Below are positions 1-10,368 of a DNA stretch of 34,849 bases, piece by piece. The position numbers and the translations under genes are program-made. Position 1 is the stretch's first letter, and each line of letters opens with the position of its first letter. The stretch comes from Steroidobacteraceae bacterium (GTDB lineage Bacteria > Pseudomonadota > Gammaproteobacteria > Steroidobacterales > Steroidobacteraceae), in contig JBARBX010000783.1 of the NCBI GenBank assembly GCA_049793535.1, forward strand, positions 1-34,849. The letters are read 5' to 3'. The notes beneath the pieces were generated by a model, which had not been told where the DNA came from, made no database searches, and saw only the letters and a list, made by a program, of their open reading frames with translations.

Positions 1-1509
<1,509 letters not shown>

Positions 1510-1545
1510 CGAATTGCGGCTGACAAACGAAAACTCGAGGCTTGC

Positions 1546-3594
1546 ATGCGCGTATGGCTGTTGGGGTTGGCTTTTCTGGCGGTTGTGCCCGTGTTCGCCG
1601 ACGAGGGAATGTGGACCTTCGACGATTTTCCGTCGGGCGCGGTAAAGCAGCGCTATGGAGTCGACATAACGCCCGCCTGGCTCGACCACGTGCGCTTGGC
1701 GACGATTCGGCTCACGAACTGTACCGCGTCATTCGTCTCGCCCGAGGGCCTGATCCTCACCAACCACCACTGCGTGGAGTCCTGTCTCGCGAAGCTGTCC
1801 TCCAAGAACCAGAGCCTGCTGGAACTGGGAATCGCCGCAGCGGATCGCAAGGCCGAACAGCGATGCCCCGCGCAGCTCGCGGATGTGCTGGTCGGCAGCG
1901 AAAACGTCACCGACATTGTCTCCAAGGCCATCGCGGGTTTGAGCGATACGGCGGCCAATGATGCGCGCAAGAGGACGCTGACCACGCTCGAGCAGGCCTG
2001 CGAACAGGCCAGCGCCAAATCGCATTCCGGCAAGCTGAGATGTCAAGCCGTCGCCTTGTATCAAGGCGCCCAATACTTTCTCTATAAATACAAGCGCTAC
2101 GACGACATCCGGATGGTATTCGCGCCGGAGGCCGACATTGCCGCATTCGGCGGCGATCCGGACAATTTTCAGTTTCCGCGTTGGTCGCTCGATTTCTCGA
2201 TGCTGCGCGCCTACGAGAATGACAAGCCCGCAGCCACGCCCAACTACCTGCAAATCGATTTCGACGGACCCAAAGCAGATCAGCTGGTTTTCGTCTCCGG
2301 CGATCCCGGATCGACCGCGCGCCTGCAGACCCGGGCTCAGCTCGAATTTCAACGCGATCTGTCTCTGCCTGTCACATTGATGCGCGCCTCGGAACTGCGC
2401 GGCCGACTCATCCAATTCGGCACGACCAATCCAGCCGACGAACGAATCGTGCAGGCACCCCTGAACAGCCTGCAGAACGCGATCAAGGTTCGCCGCAAAG
2501 AGCTCGACGCCCTGGATGACGATGCATTGATGGCCGGCAAGACCGACGCCGAGGAGAAGCTGCGCGCGAGCGCCCACCTTGCCGGCCCCGATCCGTGGCA
2601 CGAGATCGAGTCGGCGTTGGCCCGCGAGCGGGCGCTCTACCTCGAATACACGTTTCTGGAGGTTGGCGCAGGATTCAACAGCACGCTATTTCGCGACGCG
2701 CGCCTGCTGCTGCGGGGGGCGGACGAACGTGCGAAACGCAACACCGACCGCTTGCGTGAGTTCACCGATGCCTCGCTGCCGCTGATCCAGCGTGAACTGT
2801 ACACGCGCGTTCCCGTCTATCCCGAACTCGAAGTTCTAACGCTCTCATTTTCTCTCGAACGCATGCGCGAATGGCTGGGTCCCGACAATCCGGTGGTGCG
2901 GAAATTGTTGTCAAAAGAATCTCCCGACGCGCTGGCAGCACAGCTCATCGCCGAGACCAAGCTCGACGATGCAGACGCGCGCAAGCAATTGTGGCTGGGC
3001 GGGAAAACGGCGGTGGATGCATCGCTTGATCCGATGATAGAGGTCGCGCGGGCGATTGACGCGGATGCCCGCGCCGTCCGCAAACGGTACGAGGACGAAG
3101 TGGAGGCACCGATTGCGGCGGCGGCGCAAAGGATCGCGGCGGCCAGGTTCAAGGTATACGGCACCAACGTGTACCCGGACGCTACGTTCACACTGCGGTT
3201 GAACTACGGCACCGTGCAGGGGTGGGTCGAGCACGGCACGCCCGTGGAGCCCTTTACCCGCCTCGGCCGCATATTCGAGCGCGCGACCGGCGCGTCGCCC
3301 TTCAAGATTCCCGATAGCTGGATGAAGGTGAAAGAGCAACTCGACATGAGCACCCCGTTCTGCATCTCGACCAGCAACGACATCGTCGGCGGGAACTCGG
3401 GCAGCCCTCTGATCGACGCCCAAGGCCGCATCGTCGGCTTGATGTTCGACGGCAACATCCACTCGATTGCCGGGCACTATGGGTTCAATGCGGCGAACAA
3501 TCGGGCGATTGCGGTACACCCGGCGATCATTCGCGAGGCGCTCGACAAGGTCTATGGTGCGAAAGCGCTGCTGACGGAGCTGAACGCGAAATGA
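1546..3594 (+). CDS. Secreted S46-family serine dipeptidyl-peptidase (DPP7/DPP11-like)
   Basis: A signal peptide (MRVWLLGLAFLAVVPVFA) is followed directly by DEGMW, the typical mature N-terminus of S46 peptidases. TNHHCV supplies the catalytic His and GGNSGSPLID the catalytic Ser. The 682 aa length fits the family. Confidence 0.9.
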   Translation: MRVWLLGLAFLAVVPVFADEGMWTFDDFPSGAVKQRYGVDITPAWLDHVRLATIRLTNCTASFVSPEGLILTNHHCVESCLAKLSSKNQSLLELGIAAADRKAEQRCPAQLADVLVGSENVTDIVSKAIAGLSDTAANDARKRTLTTLEQACEQASAKSHSGKLRCQAVALYQGAQYFLYKYKRYDDIRMVFAPEADIAAFGGDPDNFQFPRWSLDFSMLRAYENDKPAATPNYLQIDFDGPKADQLVFVSGDPGSTARLQTRAQLEFQRDLSLPVTLMRASELRGRLIQFGTTNPADERIVQAPLNSLQNAIKVRRKELDALDDDALMAGKTDAEEKLRASAHLAGPDPWHEIESALARERALYLEYTFLEVGAGFNSTLFRDARLLLRGADERAKRNTDRLREFTDASLPLIQRELYTRVPVYPELEVLTLSFSLERMREWLGPDNPVVRKLLSKESPDALAAQLIAETKLDDADARKQLWLGGKTAVDASLDPMIEVARAIDADARAVRKRYEDEVEAPIAAAAQRIAAARFKVYGTNVYPDATFTLRLNYGTVQGWVEHGTPVEPFTRLGRIFERATGASPFKIPDSWMKVKEQLDMSTPFCISTSNDIVGGNSGSPLIDAQGRIVGLMFDGNIHSIAGHYGFNAANNRAIAVHPAIIREALDKVYGAKALLTELNAK

Positions 3595-3607
3595 ACTCTC
3601 CGGGCCG

Positions 3608-5170
3608 TCACGAGTGGCGCGATTTTTCGATCAGCGCCATCACGTGTTCCCACGGCATCGGGCCCTGGTGCATGGCGAAGACGGTGTCGACGATGAGATT
3701 TTCGCGTTTCACCGCCTGCGAGACTTCGTACATCAATTCGGGATCGTAGAGCGAGCCGTCGTCATTCAATGCCAACGTGTCGCTCGCGTACAAAATCCTG
3801 CGTTCAGGGAAATAGACCATGTACTGCCGTTCGGTGGACGCGCCGCGCAGGGGATAGAGCTCCATCCGGTTGGCACCGCTGCCGAGTTCCAGCTTGCTCG
3901 CCACGATCTTCCACCGCGCCTTGGAGTCCTTCGATTTCTGCAGGGCGTCGGGCTCCATCGTGTGGGGCGCGCTCATCATTCGGTCAAGCAGGGGTTGGTT
4001 CAAATCGAGGATGTAGATGGGCAGACGTTGTGCCACCGCCAGCCGCACCCCCCCGGTGTGCGGCCACGAATCCGACGTCGACAGGACGGCATTGATCGGC
4101 CGGCCCGGGTAGCGCTTGCGGGCTTCCCTGATCACGCCTTGCATGTACAGGCTGGAAATCGGCGCCTCGAGAATCACGACTCCGTCAGGCTCCTTCACGA
4201 TGGTCGCATTCCACGATCCGGCGAATAGATCTATGCCCGGAGCGAGTGTGGCGGCCTGTTTGACGTTGAACGGGCGATTCCAGCCCGGAGAGGCCGCGCT
4301 CTGTTTGACGGCGCCCGCGTTCATCTCGAACGCCTTTTCATCCAATGGAACGTTGAATTCCACATTCAGCGCCTGTGTCGAACGCCAGAGGGCGTCGTTG
4401 CGCTCCTCGACCCAGTTCGTCGGATAGGAAATCCCCTCGACCAGCTTCCAGTTGTCGAAATAAATCCTCTGCCGCACGTCGCCCCAGAAATACCAGAAAT
4501 CGTGAAAGACCTGGGTGGTATCCACGGCATCGGGTAGATGGTTGAACGGATTGAGCAGCACCCGGACCGGAATATGCCGCCAGCTGAAGGCCACCGCCGT
4601 GTGGAACGTCGAACGAACATTCTCCGCTGCTTCATAGTGCAAGTCGGAGGCGCCGGCGGCCGTCAGCAGAACCCGCATGGGACCCAACGCCAGCGCCTCT
4701 CTGGATGCATCCAGATCTCCAAGCGAACAGGGCGAATCGCCGAATGCGGTGTGGTATACGCCGCCGTCCGGACCCACCACCAAGGTCGTATCGGAGTCGG
4801 ATTGATTGGGATCGGATTCCGGCCAGGTCAATTTGGTTTCGGCGATCAGCCGTTGGTTGGCAAGATCTATGGTGATATGGCCGCGCTCGTAGGAGGCGAT
4901 GAAGGGCGATTGCCGGTATGACTGCTCCATCAGCAACGTGTGGCCCACCGTCTGCATGCGCACGCTCACCACCTGCTGCAGGCGCTCACGGCCACCCATC
5001 GCTTCCAGCGCCGCGGTAACGCACTGCTGCGGACTCTCATTCTCGCAGCCCGGAGTCTGCAGGGACTTTTCATGCGCGTGTGCACGTGCGTGTGGATGCG
5101 CATCTGCATGAGCGTGAGCACCCACGGTCAAACACAGCCCCGCCGCGGCCATCAGCAAAAAGCGGTTCAT
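3608..5170 (-). CDS. Exported hypothetical protein with a His-rich N-terminal tract and a C-terminal MBL-fold-like domain with degenerate metal motif
   Basis: Signal peptide MNRFLLMAAAGLCLTVGA is followed by HAHADAHPHARAHAHE. The C-terminal part has the MBL-like layout, but LSTSDSWPHTGG sits where HxHxDH is expected. No other family recognised. Confidence 0.6.
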   Translation of the reverse strand: MNRFLLMAAAGLCLTVGAHAHADAHPHARAHAHEKSLQTPGCENESPQQCVTAALEAMGGRERLQQVVSVRMQTVGHTLLMEQSYRQSPFIASYERGHITIDLANQRLIAETKLTWPESDPNQSDSDTTLVVGPDGGVYHTAFGDSPCSLGDLDASREALALGPMRVLLTAAGASDLHYEAAENVRSTFHTAVAFSWRHIPVRVLLNPFNHLPDAVDTTQVFHDFWYFWGDVRQRIYFDNWKLVEGISYPTNWVEERNDALWRSTQALNVEFNVPLDEKAFEMNAGAVKQSAASPGWNRPFNVKQAATLAPGIDLFAGSWNATIVKEPDGVVILEAPISSLYMQGVIREARKRYPGRPINAVLSTSDSWPHTGGVRLAVAQRLPIYILDLNQPLLDRMMSAPHTMEPDALQKSKDSKARWKIVASKLELGSGANRMELYPLRGASTERQYMVYFPERRILYASDTLALNDDGSLYDPELMYEVSQAVKRENLIVDTVFAMHQGPMPWEHVMALIEKSRHS

Positions 5171-5264
5171 ATGGTTCCTGCAACTACCCAGGTCGGCGTG
5201 TTTCAGCTTAGTCCTTGGCGCCCTGCAATTCCACCCTTACGACCGCGGCGGGGCAATGAGTGTC

Positions 5265-5627
5265 CTAGTTCGGCGACAGTGTCACCGGGACTTCAGTGAT
5301 GCTATCGACGGGAATCTTGTTCGCCGTCGCCGCCTTGCGCACGGCAGCTTCGTCCGGCGCCTCGTATATGCAATACGTCTTGGTTTTGCTGGCATTGGCG
5401 TAGGACGTTACCCATTTCACGCCGTACCGGCTGTTGGTCGCGTTGATCTTTGCTTTGCCGGAAGCGTCGAGACCCTCCAGCGCGCCGGGCGGAAAGGTCC
5501 TCTCGATGAGATAGCGGTGTGCCACGGCGTTGGTCTTCTGTGGTGCCGCGGCGGTCTGTGCGGGCGGATCGGCGGCGATAGCTTGGCTGAGGAACATGAC
5601 GGGCAGCAATGCGATGAGTATTTTCAT
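5265..5627 (-). CDS. DUF4242 (SCO4226-like) protein, exported paralogue
   Basis: N-terminal signal peptide MKILIALLPVMFLSQAIAA. The core RYLIERTFPPG...VKWVTSYANASKTKTYCIYEAPDEAAVRKAA...IPVDSITEV matches the DUF4242 pattern (..W..SYV..D..YCIY.A.....). It is a paralogue of the next gene. Confidence 0.75.
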   Translation of the reverse strand: MKILIALLPVMFLSQAIAADPPAQTAAAPQKTNAVAHRYLIERTFPPGALEGLDASGKAKINATNSRYGVKWVTSYANASKTKTYCIYEAPDEAAVRKAATANKIPVDSITEVPVTLSPN

Positions 5628-5660
5628 GATGGTCTCCTTTGCTTGTGGTTATGGTTATAG

Positions 5661-5933
5661 CTACTCGGCGGTCGCAGGATCGATAACGGCGCTCACTCGC
5701 GAGATTTTATTTGCCGGGAACCCGCCCAGTTCGGCATGCCGCCGCACCAGGGACTCGTCGGCGGCGTGATAGATGCAATAGATCTTGTCGGAGGTTACGT
5801 AACTGTGAACCCACTGAACACTCGGCCCCAGGCTGCTCAGTACTCCGCACGACTTCAGCGAAATAGACTTCAAATCGGCCGGACTCATTTTCCCGGCACC
5901 GGGAATGTCCCGTTCGATGACAAACTTCGGCAT
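5661..5933 (-). CDS. DUF4242 (SCO4226-like) protein, cytoplasmic paralogue
   Basis: Track ORF 5661..5993(-), trimmed to the ATG at 5933. The product begins MPKFVIERDIPGAGKMSPADL...VQWVHSYVTSDKIYCIYHAADESLVRRHAELGGFPANKISRV, a typical DUF4242 sequence. No signal peptide. Confidence 0.75.
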   Translation of the reverse strand: MPKFVIERDIPGAGKMSPADLKSISLKSCGVLSSLGPSVQWVHSYVTSDKIYCIYHAADESLVRRHAELGGFPANKISRVSAVIDPATAE

Positions 5934-6108
5934 CTGTTTCCCCTTGAATGATTGGTTTGCTCGATTCCCATGTTTTTTTGATTCGACGCGCATAGAGTGG
6001 CCCGAATTCGCAGACCGTGTCTTGAATCGCGCATGAAATTATTCTAAAAGACCGGCAGCGGCCCTCGCGAGCGAGACAAGAGCATAATTATCAATAACTT
6101 GGGAACAC

Positions 6109-8640
6109 ATGGAACCGATACGCATCGGAACATTCGAGCTGTATCCGACGGAGCGCATGCTGCGCATCGCGGGAAATCCCGTCGACCTCGGAGCGCGCGC
6201 CTTCGACTTGCTGCTGATGCTGGTCGAAAATCAAGGCCGGCTGGTCACCAAGACGGCACTGATCGAGCGCGTCTGGCCCAACGTCATCGTCGACGAGAAC
6301 AACCTTCCCGCGCAGATCGCGAGTCTGAGACGCGTGCTCGGCGCGGGCGCCATACGCACGATTCCGGGATTCGGCTATCGACTCGAACTCACCGTCTCGG
6401 GCCCGGCGACAGCCTCGAGAGTGGCCGCGTCCATGACGACGCCCGCTGCCGAGTTGCCGCGTCTGTCGGTGCCGCGGCGCGTCTGGCCTAACCGCCTCGG
6501 GGCGCTGATCGGCCGCGACCGCGAGCTGCAAGATCTCCAGGAGGCGCTCGAGCGGGCATGTCTGGTCACCATCGTCGGCATCGCCGGCGTCGGCAAGACG
6601 CGCATCGCCCGGGAAATCCACGCACGCGAATCGGAAATGACCGGTGCCGCGGTCGCCTGGGTGTCGCTTCAGACGATTCGCGGCACGGAGCGCATTCCCT
6701 CGACGATCGCGCTCGCCCTCGGTCTGTCGCTTCCCGAGGATGTAAATGGATTCGCGGCCCTGTCTCAGGCGTTGGCGGAAGTACCGGTGACTCTCATACT
6801 GGACGGCGCCGAGCAATTCGGCCACGCCCTGGCGACACCCTTGGCCGATTTTGTCTCCCGCACGCGAGGCGTGCGCGCGCTGGTGACGAGCCAGGCACCC
6901 TTGGGCGTCCCCGGCGAGACGGTGTACCGCCTCGCCGTTCTGCCGGTCCCTGCACGCGGCACCGCGCCGGAAGACGCCGTGCGATTCGCGGCCGTGCATC
7001 TGTTTGCCGAGCGTGCGGCAGCCGCAGATCGCCGATTCGAGCTTTCGCCCGCCAATGCGTCCGCTGTTTCTGAGATATGCCGACGGCTCGATGGCAATCC
7101 GCTGGCGCTCGAACTAGCGGCGGCGCGCGTACCGGGGCTGGGTCTGAACTCGCTTCTCGAGCGGCTCGACGATCGATTCCGACTGCTCAAGGCGCCCGGA
7201 GAATCGCTCGATCCTCGACACGGCGCGCTGCATGCCGCGTTCGACTGGAGCTATGGCTTGCTCACGCCCGCCGAGCAGCGAGTTTTTGACAGACTTGGAG
7301 CATTTGCGGGAAGCTTCTCTCTCAACGCCGCTGCACGCTGCGTAGCGGACGAGACCATCGATACCTCCACGGCAATCGACTTGATCGGGCGCCTGGTCGA
7401 CCGGTCGCTGGTCACGGTGCTGCCGGTCGATCCGCCGCGCTATGCGCTGCTTGAAACCGCGCGTCTTTTCGCCGTTGGCAGGCTTTCTGCCGCACACGCA
7501 CTCACGGCGGCACAAGATCGCATGTCCGCGACCATGCTGCACTTGCTCGATGCAGCCTATCAGGAATATTGGTCGCTTGACGAAGCCATCTGGCTGCACC
7601 GCTACGAGCCGGAACTCGACAATGTTCGCGCCGCCATCGATTGGGCCATCGCCAACGATCACGCACGCGGCGTCGCCTTGTTCGGGTCGGCGTGGCCGCT
7701 ATTCGTGGAAACCGACCTCGGTGCCGAGGGTCGCAACCGCTTTGCGCAGACGGTGGCGCTTCTTTCCGATGCTCTGCCGCAGGCTCGCGTCGGACGATTC
7801 TGGGAGGCCGTCGCCACCTACGAGTCGACTCGCCAGTGCGACCGCGCGCGTTATGCAGCCGAGCTTGCGGCCAAAATGCACTCGGCCGCGGGTGACCACC
7901 GTGCTCATTATTACGCTCTGACGCTGTTGGCCTTCAATTGGCGGGGTGACGACGCGGCGGCTCGCGCCGCTTTCGACATGGCCCGCCGGCTCGAAGATCC
8001 CGCATGGCCTGCGCGTCTGCTGACTCATGGCGCACTGACAGAGGGTGCGTTGTTTCTGAGCGTCGGCCAATTCGGCGATGCGCGCGTTGCGTACCGGCGC
8101 GCAGTCAGGCTCGCGCTGACGATGAGCGAGCGGCAAGCGCTCGCGGCAACCGTCAACATCGTCGAACTCGATACTGCCTGCGGTGATACCGTGTCGGCGC
8201 TGCAGCTTGGACGGCCGTTGGCGCTGAGCCTGCGGCACTCAGGGCGCCGCGAAACGCGCTTTGAGCTCCTGGGCGCCACGTTCAGCGCGCTGCTGATCGC
8301 CGGGGATATCGACGAGGCGCGCACCACCGCTGCGGAACTCTACGAGCTGGCGCTGCGCATTGACACCGGCAAGCTCTACTCCGTGCTGGACGCCATGGCG
8401 TTCCTCGTCTGTGCCGACCGGCGATACGATGCGGCGGCACGAATTGCCGCCTGCTCCGATCTCGCGCGCGAGACCCACGGGCAGACGCGACGCCGCCCCA
8501 CTGAACTGCGGATGCGCGCCAGCGTGGGTGCTATTCTTGAGGAGCGCCTTGGACCGACGTGGAGGGCCGGCGCCGCCGAGATTCGTGAGCCTTTGGACGA
8601 GAGTGGGGCGTGTTCGTTGGCACTCGGCCTTCGCGCCTGA
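6109..8640 (+). CDS. Transcriptional regulator: OmpR/PhoB-type winged-helix DNA-binding domain + P-loop NB-ARC/STAND ATPase + TPR-like C-terminal repeats
   Basis: The N-terminus (FELYPTERMLRIAGNPVDLGARAFDLLLMLVENQGRLVTKTALIERVWP...IASLRRVLG...IPGFGYRL) looks like a trans_reg_C domain with no receiver domain. The Walker A is IVGIAGVGKTRIA. A long Ala/Leu-rich helical repeat region follows to the C-terminus. Confidence 0.85.
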   Translation: MEPIRIGTFELYPTERMLRIAGNPVDLGARAFDLLLMLVENQGRLVTKTALIERVWPNVIVDENNLPAQIASLRRVLGAGAIRTIPGFGYRLELTVSGPATASRVAASMTTPAAELPRLSVPRRVWPNRLGALIGRDRELQDLQEALERACLVTIVGIAGVGKTRIAREIHARESEMTGAAVAWVSLQTIRGTERIPSTIALALGLSLPEDVNGFAALSQALAEVPVTLILDGAEQFGHALATPLADFVSRTRGVRALVTSQAPLGVPGETVYRLAVLPVPARGTAPEDAVRFAAVHLFAERAAAADRRFELSPANASAVSEICRRLDGNPLALELAAARVPGLGLNSLLERLDDRFRLLKAPGESLDPRHGALHAAFDWSYGLLTPAEQRVFDRLGAFAGSFSLNAAARCVADETIDTSTAIDLIGRLVDRSLVTVLPVDPPRYALLETARLFAVGRLSAAHALTAAQDRMSATMLHLLDAAYQEYWSLDEAIWLHRYEPELDNVRAAIDWAIANDHARGVALFGSAWPLFVETDLGAEGRNRFAQTVALLSDALPQARVGRFWEAVATYESTRQCDRARYAAELAAKMHSAAGDHRAHYYALTLLAFNWRGDDAAARAAFDMARRLEDPAWPARLLTHGALTEGALFLSVGQFGDARVAYRRAVRLALTMSERQALAATVNIVELDTACGDTVSALQLGRPLALSLRHSGRRETRFELLGATFSALLIAGDIDEARTTAAELYELALRIDTGKLYSVLDAMAFLVCADRRYDAAARIAACSDLARETHGQTRRRPTELRMRASVGAILEERLGPTWRAGAAEIREPLDESGACSLALGLRA

Positions 8641-8699
8641 CGCCCACCCTGGCGCTACCGCGGACACTGGACGATCGGACAAATCATTGGGGGATCTAT

Positions 8700-9275
8700 A
8701 TGAGAACGCACGGGAAGCTGCCAGCACAGGGGATTGGGCCGACGCGCCGCGAGATAATCATCGGCGGGGCTCTGGCCGTTGCCGGTACGATCATCCGGCC
8801 GACCCGGGCCGACGAGCCGTCGGTTCCGGGAATTTCCCATTCCGCGGAATCCATTCATCAGGAGCCGTTCTTCACGGCGAGCCGGAAGCAAGTGTACGAA
8901 GCGCTGACGAACCCAGGGCAATTCGACCAAGTGACGCGTTTGAGCGGAGTCATGCAATCCTCCGCCATGGCGAAGATGAACACCCCGACCCAAATCAGCC
9001 AACATGCGGGCGGCCCATTTACGCTGTTCGGTGGATACATAACCGGCCGCCATATCGAACTCGTGCCGCACGAGCGCATCGTCCAGGCGTGGCGCACCGG
9101 TAGCTGGGATCGAGGCGTGTATTCGATAGTCAGGTTCGAGATCGCGGAACAAGGCACGGGCACCAAGATCCTGTTCGATCACGCGGGCTTCCCGAAGGGT
9201 CAGGCCGACCATCTGGCCGCCGGTTGGCAGGCCAACTATTGGTCGCCGATGGAGAAGTTCCTCAAGCAGGCTTAG
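8700..9275 (+). CDS. SRPBCC/AHSA1-family protein with a Tat-type signal peptide
   Basis: Track ORF 8610..9275, trimmed to the ATG at 8700 (GGGG-rich SD just upstream). The N-terminus MRTHGKLPAQGIGPTRREIIIGGALAVAGTIIRPTRA has a twin-arginine-like signal. The core (RKQVYEALTNPGQFDQVT...FTLFGGYITGRHIELVPHERIVQAWR...FDHAGFP...HLAAGWQANYW) is typical of the Aha1/SRPBCC family. Confidence 0.8.
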   Translation: MRTHGKLPAQGIGPTRREIIIGGALAVAGTIIRPTRADEPSVPGISHSAESIHQEPFFTASRKQVYEALTNPGQFDQVTRLSGVMQSSAMAKMNTPTQISQHAGGPFTLFGGYITGRHIELVPHERIVQAWRTGSWDRGVYSIVRFEIAEQGTGTKILFDHAGFPKGQADHLAAGWQANYWSPMEKFLKQA

Positions 9276-9312
9276 CGCTTGGAACACATCGCAGCGGCAA
9301 CAAGGGGGTCAT

Positions 9313-10353
9313 GTGCTATTCGAACAACTCAGCGTCGGGGGCTGTCAGTCCTATCTCGTCGGCTGTACCGACAGCTGCAGCGCCGTGCTCATCGATCCGG
9401 AAATCAGCCTGATCGATCGCTACCGAGCATTGGCGGCGCGCGACGGATTGCGCATACATTACCTGGTTGACACCCATACGCATGCCGATCATTTCTCGGC
9501 CACGCAGCAACTCGCCCGACAACTCGCCGTGCCGGTTGTGATGCACCGCATGAGTCCCGCTCCATTCGTGGACCTGCGAATGGACGACGGGGAATTGCTG
9601 GTGGTCGGAAAGCTTCGGCTGCAAGTGCTGCACACGCCGGGTCACACCGCGGACTCCATGTGTCTGCGGGTCGAGGATCGGGTGTTTACGGGTGATACCT
9701 TGCTCATCGGAGCGACCGGCCGCACCGACCTGCCGACCGGAGATCCCGATGCGCTGTACGACAGCCTGTTCAACCACCTCTTACGGCTTGACCCGGCGAG
9801 CAAAGTGCACCCCGCACATGAATACAAGAACCGCAGCCACTCCACGATCGAACAAGAGCTCGCGAGCAATCCTCGTCTTCAGGTCCACGATCGCACCGCA
9901 TTTTCGCAAATGATGCGCAGCCTCAACCTCAGCATGCCAACCCACGTGACCGAAGCATTGCGCACCAATATGAGCGGCGGCAAGACCGTCGCGCAAATGC
10001 TCGCCGAGGCGACCGCCACGGTGCCGTTCATGTCCCTCAGGGAATTGAAGGCGCGCACCGAAGCCGGCAACGGCGAACTGCTCGTTCTCGACGTGCGCGA
10101 GCGCGAATCCTACGAGGAAGGCCATATCCCCGGAGCGAAACTGCTGCCGCGCGGCCAACTGGAGTTGCGCGTCAATCAGGATCTGCCCGACCCCACCCGC
10201 CGTATTGTCGTGTGCTGCGAATTTGGCCGAATATCGACGCTCGCAACCGCCACCCTGCGCGCGATGGGTTACCAGCGCGCCGCGGCACTGGATGGCGGCA
10301 TGAAGGCTTGGCGCGAGGCGGGGTACCCCATCAATTTAGGGACGGCGCCGTAG
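9313..10353 (+). CDS. MBL-fold persulfide-dioxygenase-like domain fused to a C-terminal rhodanese domain
   Basis: GTG start with an AAGGGGG SD 4-5 nt upstream. MBL motifs are VDTHTHADH and HTPGHTADS. The C-terminal rhodanese domain reads LLVLDVRERESYEEGHIPGA...VVCCEFGRIS, with the active-site Cys loop. Confidence 0.85.
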   Translation: MLFEQLSVGGCQSYLVGCTDSCSAVLIDPEISLIDRYRALAARDGLRIHYLVDTHTHADHFSATQQLARQLAVPVVMHRMSPAPFVDLRMDDGELLVVGKLRLQVLHTPGHTADSMCLRVEDRVFTGDTLLIGATGRTDLPTGDPDALYDSLFNHLLRLDPASKVHPAHEYKNRSHSTIEQELASNPRLQVHDRTAFSQMMRSLNLSMPTHVTEALRTNMSGGKTVAQMLAEATATVPFMSLRELKARTEAGNGELLVLDVRERESYEEGHIPGAKLLPRGQLELRVNQDLPDPTRRIVVCCEFGRISTLATATLRAMGYQRAAALDGGMKAWREAGYPINLGTAP

Positions 10354-10368
10354 TTCAAGGCGCTCGCA

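Noticed and set aside
1510-1689. N-terminal extensions given by the ORF track. These are 151..1689, 5661..5993, 8610..9275, 14790..15317, 20577..22166, 22163..23587, 23209..24636, 24503..26257, 25795..27183, 30629..31486 and 31437..33284.
   Set aside because: The extensions overlap the neighbouring gene, have shadow-like composition, and precede internal starts. Those internal starts give canonical family N-termini, signal peptides, SD sequences or ATGA/GTGA coupling with the upstream stop. I therefore used the internal starts.
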